Shown: positions 1-12,627 of the stretch, in pieces
Position numbering within the stretch: position 1 is the first letter of the stretch
How the letters are laid out: the number at the start of each line of letters is the position of its first letter
Source of the DNA: Microthyrium microscopicum
Lineage: Eukaryota
Reading direction: 5' to 3'
NCBI GenBank assembly: GCA_010405405.1
Contig: MU004238.1
Location: 321,530 to 385,529 of the forward strand
DNA length: 64,000 nt
Program-made: the position numbers and the translations under genes
The notes under the pieces: model-generated
The model's database searches: none
Told to the model about the DNA's origin: nothing
The model's input: the letters and a program-made list of their open reading frames with translations, nothing else

Positions 1-840
1 GCGCCTACACCCAAAACTGGTGGTGGTCCTCCTCCACCACCTCCACCGCCGCCGCCAAGCGCACTCATGCCGAATGCACCTGGACCTGCGAAAGCTGGAG
101 ATGCGTCCATGGGAGCTGTTTTCCAGCAATTGAACCAGGGCGAAACCATCACGAGCGGCCTTAAGAAAGTTGACCCGTCGCAACAAACCCACAAGAACCC
201 CAATCTCCGCGCTGCCGCACCCGTCCCCGCTCGAAGCAACAGTAACGGCTCATCTAAGAGTATTCCGCCGCATACCAAGCCAAAGCCCCAGAGCATGCGG
301 ACTAAGAAACCGCCGCGCAAGGAACTGGATGGCAATAAATGGATCGTGGTAAGTCCCTTCTTCCCTACAAAGCACGCGGTATCTAATTGCGCATTGTAGG
401 AAAACTTCGACAACGCCAGCACACCCGTCGAAATCGCAGCAGAAATGAACCACTCAATCCTAATTTCAGGTTGCAAGTCAACAACAATCCGCATCACCGG
501 CAAAGGCAACGCCATCACCATTGACAACTCCTCCAAAACGTCACTGATCATCGATTCGCTTGTTTCGTCCGTCGATGTGATTAAGTGTCCCAGCTTCGCC
601 CTCCAGGTCATAGACACACTCCCTACCATCTTGCTTGACCAGGTCGATGGTGCCACAATCTACCTTAGCAAGAACAGTCTTGCGACTGAAGTCTTTACCA
701 GTAAATGCTCTAACATCAACGTGTATCTACCGCCTGTCAAGGAGGAGGATGACTTTGCGGAGTGTAATGTGCCTGAGCAGTTCAGGAGCTTTGTCAAGGA
801 TGGGAAGTTGGTCACTGAGATTGTTGAGCACAAAGGCTAG
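1..840 (+). CDS. SRV2: Adenylyl cyclase-associated protein (CAP/Srv2), 3' part; exons <1-348 and 400-840
   Basis: Poly-Pro stretch, WH2-like 'VFQQLNQGETITSGLKKVDPSQQTHKNP', and a CARP beta-helix domain ending 'LVTEIVEHKG'. Intron 349-399 (GTAAGT..CTAAT..TAG) joins KWIV|ENFD in frame. Confidence 0.95.
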
Positions 841-3740
841 AAAAGGGCGAATATGTGGGGGTTGTTCTGTTTACTAGCGCGGTGACTGGAGGATTTGGCG
901 CGTGTGTAAAGCTAGGCGAGTTTGTTTTTCATCTGTTGTATTCTACCATATCAGTTTGTTGATTGTATTGTGCGCTGGCCAAAAGGTGTTTAGAACATCG
1001 TATGGTGTAGTCGGTATGAAAATGGTGTTCAGCTGAATATGCCATGTTCATTTTGCTCAATTCCTTACTATATCTCTTCGTGTATTCTGACATGATATTC
1101 GCATCAGGTGGGTTGACTTGGCTGACCAGCTACCAAAGTATAATGCCCACCGTATAATCGCCATGGAGAGCTTCGAGCGGCTGGAGACGCCGAATCGAAC
1201 TCGCCCGATACTTGAAAGTTATTATCACCCATGATAATGTCATCGAACGTCTCGTGTACTACGACAGCTTCCAAGTGGTAAGATGGGAATCCGAGGTTAG
1301 GTTGCAGTCAACCAGCCAAATCTGCTAGTTTAAACTCCATTCGATATCTTCAAGTTCCCCTCTCGTGAGCTTGTGATAGGGCGGGTACGGTACGCAATTG
1401 TGCACTACCAAATTTCCCGTATATAAGCATCCAGTGGCTAACTAGCTTAGCTTGGTGTGCCATATGATATGTCCTGGAGCTGTATGTACTGATCTCATTA
1501 GGCTGAGTTTTGAATTAGAGCGACCAATTACATGAACCAATGGTGTTGGCGGATAGGCGACTCAGATAATAGCTTCTGCTCTCATTTTGGCAGGAATCTG
1601 AGTGATGTCTACTGCTTGATTGTGAGATGAAAGTAAATTTTCCATACCGAACTGTATGACTATGTCTTCTTCTTCCAGGTGTGAGTGCATAACCCCCGGT
1701 TTTTGGTAACAGCCAAGTTCAGCTCATATCCATATTTAAGACCAGGTTCCCGTAAGTCTTACTATGTCTCTTTGTTTTCCCTGGTTGTTGAAGAGTCGAT
1801 GCGAGATGGATGTCCATGAGAGGATGGGCACGGGGAACAATACCATGCAAACATACTTAAAGTAATGTTGTCAATGAATTACAGCAAATCTTGTCTTGCC
1901 CTCTGCAGAGTCGCTACATTTGCTACAGTTCAGATGAGGACCACTATGAGCAAGATTATCGGCTATCGTGAACTGATAGCGATAAGGCTGAGCGAGCAGT
2001 GAGTCCCGACGCATGCTCGAAAGCGAATTGCCAGTTCAGTGTACATATGTATCACACAGCTTTAAGATCAACGGCCAATGACCTCAAGTGTACCAGGTGG
2101 TTAATGTCAATATTGGGAAGCAATAGCGACAAAGAAGACAAAGGGTTCTAGAAGGACAGCCTGGACGTCCCACGTAGTCCTACCTGTTAGAAAAGGAAGT
2201 AATTACCACGCGTGGTAGGCATTGTACCTTATAGCATGGGTTTAGACATATGATGGATTGAGACATGCGACACCATTGTTGCAGTGCGGTTGCACGCCAG
2301 CGAATATATATGCAAGGCTGAGGGTCCAAGAACAGGCATATACATGCGTAATGTCGCCATCAGCAACATCATATAAAAGGCGAAAACTTTGCCTCTGGGA
2401 GCTTGAGCAGTGATGCATAGGAGTACGTTGTTAGTTGAGCCTTGCGGTTGTAAAGTCAAGGAAGAAAACAAGGGTTCCACGCTAAGTGTAACCGGAGATT
2501 GTTCCTAGCTTTGCGATAGTCGGAGGAGGCCGCCAGAAATGCTCGCAAGCGGAGTTGTTCCAAACTGAGCATTCGACTTTCATCCCCTCCTTCAAGAAAG
2601 TCTCGACGAAGGTGAAGGGAGTGGTCGGAGATGGTTCCGACTCCATTATACAACATCGAAATGATGACTTCCCCATAGTATAAAGCTGGGGATCGAGATC
2701 TAGAGTGGATTTCCAAGTCTGTTATCCAGATGCCTGTCGAGAATGATATCAGGCTCGAGGAGTTTTGGAGGGTTGTACGCGGTACTATCATCAGAATGAT
2801 GCAAGAGCATGCATAAGTAATGCTTTGACCATTGCTAGGTGCATTTGAGAAGCAGAACTGGGTAGAGATCATCCATAGTCCCCGAAGGAGATCGAACCAT
2901 GAAGGTCTTGTTTATCTTTCTGAGATTGTTTCCAACTTCTGCGGTCTCTACAAAAGCTAAATGCCAAAGGGAGTATGGTGGATATGTCGTCCATAGCTCA
3001 CGCGATAAGCTTGGCACTGGCCATAAGCTATCTGGGCCGGTTTGAATTGACAATTGAATTGGCAATTGAAATCTGTCACAAACAGTGGAACTTGGGCCTA
3101 CTCCAGCCGATCTATCATCTCATAGCCTCATGGACGTAATCACGCCTTGACTTTAATGCAACGACAAACGTTCGACAAGTAGTTTAAAGTCCAGAATATG
3201 CAAAAAGGATTTACTTTGTAGATAAATGCCTGCGGCACTTGTGTCCGGCTGCGGTTAGTTCCTTGGATCTGTTCTAGTTTGGTGATGAAAATGATCACGA
3301 TACATAATGTATGGGCCATGGAATACTGGGGGAGAAAATGACTTGCGCCTTCAGCATGGAAGAGCTTGAATGGGAATAGTGTCCATGTAAGCCGAATTAA
3401 ATCCCCACGCGATTTAGCAATGGTTACACAACGCTGGTGGAAGGACGGAGCCGCTCGAGGTTGCCAGGTTGGGGCGAGACCCTTGCCTTGGCCCCCGAGC
3501 GTTGACGACCAACGACTGGTTGAAAGTTGACAAGTAAATCCACGGGAGCTTTTTGGGAATTGGGAAATGCAAGCCCGTGAGAGCCGTTGCCGACGCCGGC
3601 CGACTGGAAGTGCTTGCGGAACATTGAAGGTCTGGCTCTTTCAAACAAGAGAGGTGGTTGATGGTGGCGGCCAAGCAGAACCCGGCAGCGCCCGATGAGG
3701 AAAGGTTCCGGGTGTACCATTGACACGGATCCATGCCTTA

Positions 3741-4047
3741 CCGAAAACTTCTGTTGAAACGCAACATGCTAGCGTGCCTATTTGGGTCGCGGTCCCACTA
3801 AATTTAGCGGGCGTCGCCCCTGCTGGTCGCTGCAGCTTACCCCTGTAGAGGCTTATTTTAGGGCCCTTTAGTAGTCTTTTACAAGGTATTTTGAAGTAGT
3901 AAAGACGGTAAGTAATCCACATTTAAAAGAAAACTATCCCTATTAAAACCTTTCATGACCCCTTTTGCCCCTTCTAGCGCAAGCCAAAAAGCCTCATCTG
4001 ATCCAAATAGGCACGCTAGCATGTTGCGTTTCAACAGAAGTTTTCGG
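3741..4047. mobile_element. MITE 1 (Tc1/mariner-type, non-autonomous, 307 bp)
   Basis: Perfect 45-bp terminal inverted repeats (3741-3785 and 4003-4047, CCGAAAACTTCTGTTG...) with TA on both flanks (3739-40, 4048-49). Confidence 0.9.
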
Positions 4048-4428
4048 TAGAGTTGGGGTGGACCAGCCTTGTCAAGTTCCGAGCGGCGAAATAAGCTTGG
4101 CATTTAGCTAGCAGTTCATGAATGATGGACCGCAGCTGGTGAATGTGCAGTTTAGAGTTTGAGTGAAACTGAGAAATAACAAAGCTACTGAGCTAGCTAC
4201 CTCCAAGGTCAAGTATCAGGAGTTATGAGATGGATAAGGGTTGGATTAAAGTTGGAACAGAAAAGAATCGGTGAGAGTCAGGATCGACAAGAATGTTGAT
4301 GGTTGAATTAAGCTTGGGAAGCAAGACCAGCGATTGGCTATAATTGCAAGTTGACATGGGCCGTGCGTCTTTCACGAGGTGGTGCGGCCGTGCTTGTGGA
4401 CCCTGGAAATTAGGCGGCATCTGGCATA

Positions 4429-4782
4429 CCGTAGAAATCCAACAACATGTCCGCAAGCTCTTGGGCGTTCAAAGTGGCTTTTAGAGTATTTATGTGGCGT
4501 TTTTATATTCTTTATAACTTCCCCCATTTACTTTGTTATTACTTTAAAAGAATGCTTCAAATTCACAGTATATAATAATGATACTTAGCTCATAAACCTT
4601 GACTTCTTACTAAACTAAAGTATCTTAAGATTATATAGTTCTGATATTTCAAAAGTTGAGCTTATAGAATTGCTCTACTTAATAGCTTCTTAACCCTGTA
4701 ATTTTGACGCCAAATACGCCAAATAGGCTGTTTTGGCTGAATCGATTGGCTACCTTGCGGACATGTTGTTGGATTTGTACGG
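4429..4782. mobile_element. MITE 2 (Tc1/mariner-type, non-autonomous, 354 bp)
   Basis: 29-bp TIRs with 1 mismatch (4429-4457 and 4754-4782, CCGTA(G/C)AAATCCAACAACATGTCCGCAAG), TA on both flanks, and an AT/TpA-rich interior. Confidence 0.88.
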
Positions 4783-6006
4783 TATGATGAGTCGAAAGGG
4801 AATCCCTTCAACAAGTGGTAGCTGGGACCACCAAGTATAGATGAATGGATGTAACAGCGCGGCAAATTGAATAATGAGAGAAAGAAAAGATGAAGTCGAG
4901 GAAGACTGGAGATATAAAATACTGTGATGCTAAGAAGGAAGGAGCGACCATCGTTAAGGTGACAAGATGGAAGGCGCGGGCCGATGAACATCGAACATGA
5001 TTCAAGGCTGGGAAGGAGCGAACGACCTTTGGAAAGAATAATGAAGGAACGAAGGAACGAAGGGAGGACGTTGCGGTCTAAGGAAGGCGTCGGCAACAGA
5101 CCCGCAGCCAATCAACAGCTAGCAATGCATTTAGATTATGTGGACAAAGTAATTCGCCAATTGCTCTTTCCCTGGCAGCTTGACAGCCTGAAAGGTGAGA
5201 GTCGTGGTTGCTAAAGTCAGCCTGATTTATTGTATCGAGCAACATGCGCCTGCCATTATTATTCTATGTTTATTATGTTCAAAAACGTAGAGCGCGTTAC
5301 CCGATATACCGTGTATTTATCCTAATATACACTGTAACATCAGATGTAAATCTCACTCAAGGAAGTCAATTTGATATTGATACCTCGAGTCTCTACTCCC
5401 AGTAATTCAGAAGACGTACAATTATTCAAAGTCGATGGAGATCATCTGTTGTACCAGCCCTTCAGATTCATGCACCTCTACACACCTCATCATCCAGACT
5501 AAATACTAATCCAAACTCTGCTCACAACTTTCTACACTTCGCTATAAACGTCTTGCCGACAATATTTGCCACAAGTACAGTCGCATAGGCCATCTACGGT
5601 ACACGCGATCCAACTTATTGCCTGACAGCTGCTTCCTTTTACCAAACATCCATCACCGCTACTCTGTCCGCCTCCGTTCTCTCGCAGCCTTGCCCGTCTT
5701 GCAACACGGAAATACCTCGCCTCTTACTTTCTTACACTCTTCCCATCTCTTTCATACATTTCTTTACCAACAAAACAATACCATCATATACAAGGATTAT
5801 TATAGACAACTGTAATCCCAAACACCCCCAACCCATCTCACCCTTTCCACCATTGCGGACCCACGCCACCAAAACAGCCACATCATTACTGCAACCAGTC
5901 CCTCTCCAGCAGCTCCTTTAACCTTTCGTCGATTAATACAGACGCTCGGGTCTGGAAGAGCTCGTGCTGGTTGATCTGTTCTTTACGTCACGACCTTAAC
6001 AAGTCC

Positions 6007-6084
6007 ATGCTCTCGAGTATTATTATTATTACTCCTGCAACACCTAACCATCTCTCCTTTCAACCAAGCATTCGCGTTCAATAA
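6007..6084 (+). promoter_or_regulatory. Candidate uORF (25 aa, MLSSIIIITPATPNHLSFQPSIRVQ) in the SFP1 leader
   Basis: The only plus-strand ATG between about 5473 and 6839. Whether it lies in the transcript is unknown. Confidence 0.4.
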
Positions 6085-6839
6085 TCACCATCTTCCGCTC
6101 CACCAAGGCTACCATCCACTCTACGCGCCATACCCATTAATTCACAATTCACGGGCAACTTGACGGTTCGCCCTTATTCAGCTCACGGTAACTCTATTGC
6201 TTGCTACAGCCTATACTGTAGTTAGCGGCGAATCGCGGAGTACCTACCATCCAAGTTCGCGCAGGTCGCTAAATAATCCTCAGCCTTGAGCGTCGTCGTC
6301 GCTGCAACTACTCAATCGACTCGACAGCACACACCCTACCTCGGGACTATTGTGACTGGCTACAATAATAAACCCAGCACAGAACTCTTGCATCACCTCC
6401 ACTCACCTGCACTGGTTCCACGCACCCAGTGCTTCCTGCACCTTGTCAACCTTCTTCCCTAATTATTTCCCCAAAAACCGTGAAACTGGAGTCCTCACAG
6501 ACACCTCCTCCTCTTTCCTACTCTCCTTCCATCAGCGACAAGGGCCGAGCAGGCACTTCCGATAGTACTCCGATAACAACTCCAAAGACCACCCACGCTA
6601 CTTGGCTTGCTTCAGGGCCCTCCAAGAAGCCCTTTGATCTTCTTGGGTGGCGACGTGAGCCAGGCGGCGGCAGCGCATACAACAGTGCTCATCCCAGCCC
6701 TTCTTTCGAGGACGACGACGACGACCTTTTCAACACTGATTGGCAAGCCAACGATTTCGAGGAGCCTTTTAGTGATATTGATCCGGGCTCTAATCGCGAC
6801 GATAAAGACTTTACGCTCTTTCCTGACGACGACACGGCC

Positions 6840-8918
6840 ATGAATTCCCACGCTACTGCCTCACCTATCGACATAACCACCACTCCGCGCCTATCCAACT
6901 CCAACTCGCCCCGCGCCACTACCTCAAACCTTACTTCAGCTCTACAAGAGGCCGGCGCTATCGGAGCCAACAACGTACCACTATTTCATGCCGAACCACA
7001 AAATGGCTTCGGAGCTTTACAACCCAATGATATGGGACGGAATGGCATGTCAGTTGGACGCAACGAATCGATGGGAAATATTTTTGGCTCATCATTCTAT
7101 GGCGCAAATAATACTCGACCCATCTCAATGCGAGACCGACCGCGACGTGAGTCCAATACTGGCAGCTTTCTGGGAGGTATGAGCTGGGGAGCCTCTTCCA
7201 TTAACGGAGGGGACTGGGTCAGAGACGAGTAAGTCCTTCCTTGATTTTCTTGTCACATAATTGTCGTCATTACTTGCATTGGCTGCATCTTGCGACCCAT
7301 ATCTCTTATCTTTCCTCGCTTTTTTTACAATCCCATCGCTATCACGTACTCGGAGCGATATTGGTATACAGTGCTGGCTGTGATTCACACACTGGTGACC
7401 AAGCTCTCTAAACACTGCAATCATTGTCTATCTACAATGGCTGGTTGTTTAGACTTGGACTTCTATGGCTTCTATCAGCCGGACAATCCTCCCGTGTCGA
7501 GGTATATGATTTTACAAATTTGCGATGCAACAGGAATACGCACACTACAGCAGCATGTGGCTAACTACGAGTTTACAGTGTCATGATGACCGGAACATCA
7601 CCTTCGACATTTCATCAACCATCATCCTTCCAATCCTCGTCTTACCTTCCCAAAATGGAAGCCAACTACTTCCGGGACTATTTTTGTTGTGGAAAGGTTC
7701 ATTCCAATATGCATGTCCTCATGCAACATCGAGAAGAGGCACACGGTGAAAGGCTGGAGGATATGCTTAACGAGCAGCAATTTTACGGAGGCCTGAGCTT
7801 TCCCCGTCAACAATCTATACCTCACGCAAGCCGTTCGAATCCACAAGCAGGTCCCTCATCTAGTGGTCAAGTAACCCACGGCTTTCAAGCAACAAGTAAT
7901 GCACCGCAATCAGGTCTTGCAACCATACAGGATGATCCAGTGGATAGCATGGACTTTGACGAGAATACCCTCCTTCCTCAACTACCAGCCTCTACGATGG
8001 CCTCCCAAAACTTTGGTCAGCAACAGCCGCTGCCAACTGCACCCACACCACATGCCTTCTCCCTTATGAGCAACAATCCCACCGTTTCATCCGTAAACAC
8101 GCCAACTCTCAGCACCCACCCTTCGACTCTACAGAATGCAGATTCATCTATACCAACGACACCCCTTGCTGATAACATGAACATAGGCTTCCAGCCGAAC
8201 TTGGATATGTTTGGCATGATGGATCCGAATGGCCTAGCTCCAGGCATGGGCCCGTTGATGCCAGATAACAACTTTGATTTTGGCATGCAAATGGGACTAC
8301 AGAACGACATTTCTGGATTGACTATTCACGATCCGGCCAAGCAGTTACAGACCAAGAATGGTACACTCGATGCTACTCAATTGCAATACGCAGCCCTAAC
8401 CAATGGTCAATTCATGATATCGGATGATGTCGTACGAGCTATACAACTAGCCCAGCCAGGAATTGCTCTGCCTGGAGCGATCTTTACAATGCCTGGTCCA
8501 GACCCGAAGAAATATGCATGTCCAGTCGTTGGTTGCGAGAAGGCTTACAAGAACCAAAATGGATTGAAGTACCATAAGACGGTAAGCTAAAATAAGTCTC
8601 CGGTGAACTAACGAATTCAGCTAATGAGCCTCCTAGCACGGACACCAGAACCAAAAGCTGTCGGACAACGGGGACGGAAGCTTTTCCATCGTGGACCCGC
8701 TTACTTCGGCACCGTATCCTGGAACTCTGGGCATGGAAAAGGAGAAGCCATATCGCTGCGAAACTTGTGGAAAGCGGTACAAAAATCTCAACGGTCTCAA
8801 GTATCACCGTCAGCACTCTCCGGGCTGTAATCCAGACTTGCCCGCTCCCCTTCCAGGTGGACTGATTACATTGCAACAGTTGCAAAACCTTCCAAAAGCC
8901 GGAGTCCCTCTGAGTTAG
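6840..8918 (+). CDS. SFP1: Split zinc-finger transcription factor Sfp1; exons 6840-7228, 7579-8581, 8637-8918 (N- and C-terminal extensions likely, see findings)
   Basis: Splicing restores 'GMSWG...[13 protein letters not shown]...[17 protein letters not shown]...H..H' and the split fingers '[24 protein letters not shown]' and '[21 protein letters not shown]'. Introns are canonical. Confidence 0.93.
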
Positions 8919-9218
8919 AAACAATTCAAAACAGCAGGCGGGACATATCGATGCATCAAATGCCACAAGGAATACTCCAATTCCACTGGTCTTAAAGCAC
9001 ATTTTCAATCTTATTCGCCCAGTTGCATGCCTTGTGGTGGATTGGCCAAACAGCATGATGTGTTAGATCTAAATGCGCCCTGGACTTACACAGGATTTCG
9101 ATGTCGACAAAGCGGAAGATTTCGATGCCCCAAATGCGGACTGGACTACGCGCATCGCGAAGGTCTTTATCGTCATTTCAAACTAACTTCACCAGCTTGC
9201 TGGCCTCTAGCGGCTTGA
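8919..9218 (+). CDS. In-frame 99-aa post-stop extension of SFP1 encoding two additional zinc fingers
   Basis: Directly after TAG 8916-8918 the same frame reads KQFKTAGGTYRCIKCHKEYSNSTGLKAHFQSYSPSC...FRCPKCGLDYAHREGLYRHFKLTSPACWPLAA-TGA. Confidence 0.75.
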   Translation, partial: KQFKTAGGTYRCIKCHKEYSNSTGLKAHFQSYSPSCMPCGGLAKQHDVLDLNAPWTYTGFRCRQSGRFRCPKCGLDYAHREGLYRHFKLTSPACWPLAA

Positions 9219-10618
9219 TCATCGTACTGCTGTAAAAAAAAATCCAACAGCGATATGCCTCTAGGCTTATGATTTTTCATTCAAGCTATACCATATCATC
9301 AACTTGCAAGCTCAACGAGTTATGTATCTCGCTGCTCGCCAAACTTTCTCGGTACTCAAAAGTTCAGTCCGCCCCTTTTACCTTACGACGCATGCAATCA
9401 TGTGGTATCAATACCGCGACACCCCAAATAATTCCCTATTACTACTCAACTCAACTCGGTATATTGTTTTCTTGTTTTTATTGCTCTTGCTCTGTTTATC
9501 GTGGATACCAAAAAGTTATTTATTCATTCAACCAAGATGGACATCGTCAGAATTAGACTGGGAACGGCGTTGTAGGAACTGGTCTCATTCAATAGGTGAA
9601 AATACCTATCACGACATGCATTACAAGGTCACGGCGTCTTCCCTTCCTGTCCTCTACTATGCCGGGCATGCAGAGAGGAGTTTATTCGCCATAACGAACT
9701 GGCACTGTTACCTGGGAAAGGAGTCTTGGTTTTGCTTTACTTTTGGAATTACTTCGCGTGTGGAATTTCGGTTTGGCTGTCTCTTTTTGGATAAGTGAGG
9801 AAACCAGATGGGGTTCTGAGTACTTGCTTCATGATTTTGAGACGGCTTTTTTCGCTCAAGTTCATTAATGGAGGTGTGATTTGCTTGTACTTTGATTAGT
9901 ACTCAGAATGATGCGGTATTCTTGTTCATAGAGGTTGGTTTATGGCAGCGGGAGTTTTGCAGCTGATAGACGACAGGCACTTGTTGCTGGTGTAATACGC
10001 TCCAGCTAACAAGGCTGAAATGCATATGATTCGTTTAATTGCTAGCACTTATCTGTGGTTTGAGAGTACATACATTGCTTCATTCTTGTGATATCACCAC
10101 TTGAGGACCGGAGATAAGGAGGAGCGGCTCAAGCCGCGAATAACCACCAAAACTGCTCCTTTGACCTGCCCCTTAACTCTGCTCTTTGATATTTTCCGCA
10201 CTTGAACACCAAGACCTTTTCAATTCATCGTGTTTCCAGTACATCATGATATTATTTGAATGTCTTAAAATCCAACAAAAGGTTACATGATTACAAAAAA
10301 TGGCCAGATGATTATGACATGCTCCAACACGAACACATGCACGCCGCCGTCAGATTGAGCCGACTGTAGCCGCCCAGCCTTATGCCTCAGTCGCCTATCA
10401 CAGCCCAGCTGGCTGGTTTACTACCAATATTTGTCCCGAAAGTATCGATGATAATGCAGTAAGCTTTACCGATCTGGTCGATCAGTAATGAAAACAATGG
10501 TTGGACGCGCTTGTTCTTTGTTCTCTTTAAATGCGGTCATATCCGCCCACCGTACCACCATCTACAAGCTGCATCTCTTTGACACGATAACCTTCACCTT
10601 GTATTCTTCAAACTGATC

Positions 10619-12331
10619 ATGACGGTGCTACTTGAGTTATTGGGAGAGGTCTTGAGCTCTCCACTGTTGATACTTGAGTGTTTGCTTGGAGCTGCGGTTG
10701 TCTACTTGGCGGTTGGTGTGGCTTGGAGGTTGACGTTTCATCCTTTGGCTGGATATCCGGGTCCGCTGCTTGCGAAGGTTACGGATTTGTATCTGGCTTA
10801 TCATGCTTGGAAGGGAGATCGGCATTTGGAGTTTTATCGCTGTCATCAGAAATATGGTAAGTACCTAGTCTCGTCGAAACTCTTCCTTCAAACGATCACT
10901 AATATTAATATTCCTACAGGCCCAGTAGTCCGACTAGGCCCAAACCTCCTTTCTTTCAACACCAGTACCGCCCTCAAATCAATCTACGGCTTCAAATCCA
11001 ACGTTCGGAAGTCCGACTTCTACACTGCCTTCCCAGCCAATAAGCAGACCACCAATGTCCACAGCACTATCGACAAGAGCCTCCATGCTCGCAAGCGTCG
11101 AGTCATATCGCATGCTTTTGCCGACAGCGCTATCAAAAGCATGGAGAAGTATGTTCTCGGCAACATCGATACCGCTTGCAACATCATATCCGATGACGTG
11201 TCCACGAAACGGAAGGCGATGGCTACAAACTACTACGCCGAAAAAACAGACTCGTGGAGCACACCACGCAACATGGCTCGCTGGGCCGACTGGCTAACGT
11301 TCGACATCATGGGTGATCTTGTCTTTGGAAAAGCATTCGGCATGCTTGAAAGTCCGCAAAATCGGTTCGCTATTGATCTCGTTAGCAGTGCTGCGAAACG
11401 GCATCTTATTGTACGTCGGTTCCCCGATCTATGAAACCACATACTAACTTCGATACAGTGCGGCACCCATCTTCCAATCCACAATTACCATCTTGATAAA
11501 CTTCTTTTCCCTGCCATCGCAGCCAAACGTACCGCTTACATGTCCTACTCTCGCGCCCAATCCTCCGCCCGCACGCAACTCGGCACAGACTCCTGTGACC
11601 GCAAAGACTTCTTCTTCCACTTACTCAACGCACATGACCCCGAGACCGGCAAAGGATTCAGTCCTGCGGAATTATGGGGCGAAAGTAACCTCTTCATCAT
11701 CGCCGGCTCGGATACTACCAGCACCGCCCTAGCCGCCACACTATTCTACCTCGTCCATGATACATCAGCGCTGAAGTCGGCGACGGCAGAAGTAAGGGCG
11801 GCGTTTGCGAACGTGAACGAGGTAGTAGCCGGTGCCACACTAAACGAGTGTGAATTCCTAAGAGCTTGTATCGACGAAGCCATGCGTCTCTCCCCTCCAG
11901 TCCCAGGTGCGTTACCGCGGAAAGTGCTGGAGGGCGGATTACTTGTGGACAACGTACATGTTCCAGCGGGCGTGGATGTTTGCGTTGCGCACTATGCGAT
12001 CCATCACAATGAGGCGTACTATCCTCGACCATTCTCCTATGAACCTAGTCGATGGATGGGCGATAGCGAGGCAGCACATGCAGCGTTTTGCGCATTCAGT
12101 GTTGGGCCAAGAGGGTGTATTGGCAAAGGACTGGCGTATGTGGAGTTGATGTTGAGTATGGCGCGGGTGCTGGTGCAATTTGATATGAGATTAGCGCCAG
12201 GAACGAGTGTGGGTGAAGGGAGGGAGGATTTGGAGGAGGGTAGGAAGAGGGGGACGGAGTATCAGCTTAAGGATACGTTTACGAGTATTAAGGATGGGCC
12301 GATGGTGCAGTTTAAGGGGAGAGAGATTTAG
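10619..12331 (+). CDS. Cytochrome P450 monooxygenase; exons 10619-10856, 10920-11410, 11459-12331
   Basis: N-terminal membrane anchor and HPLAGYPGP, I-helix AGSDTT, ExxR (EAMR), PERW-like PSRW, heme motif FSVGPRGCIG. Confidence 0.95.
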
Positions 12332-12627
12332 GTTTGGGTTACCGGGCTCCATGTACGATGCTACGATTCATGAAATGGAGATATCTTAATAGTTGTTGGG
12401 GAAGCATTCATTATGATTGAATTCATGATCAAGTCAATGGCCGTCGGCCTTATGCAGATAATTAGAAAGCAAATAAAGCAACTCCTTGTGGCACCAATTA
12501 TCTCCCTTCTCCCGAACTCAGTCAAGAAGTTGTAAACATGCAAAAGTGAACAGAAGCAAACCCAGGCGGTAGCACATCTACCTCGCCCTCGTCACCGGCA
12601 TCTGCTCCGCTGGGCTGTCAACAGTGT

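Noticed and set aside
1100..3400. Possible decayed or spliced gene on the minus strand (ORF fragments, one good CTAAC..CAG acceptor near 3250)
   Set aside because: The frames I followed carry several stops of mixed type and no recognisable domain, so I could not build a model. BLASTX is needed.
9269..9798. ORFs 9269-9556 and 9304-9798 downstream of SFP1
   Set aside because: No domain signal, a TTG start for the longer one and UTR-like composition.
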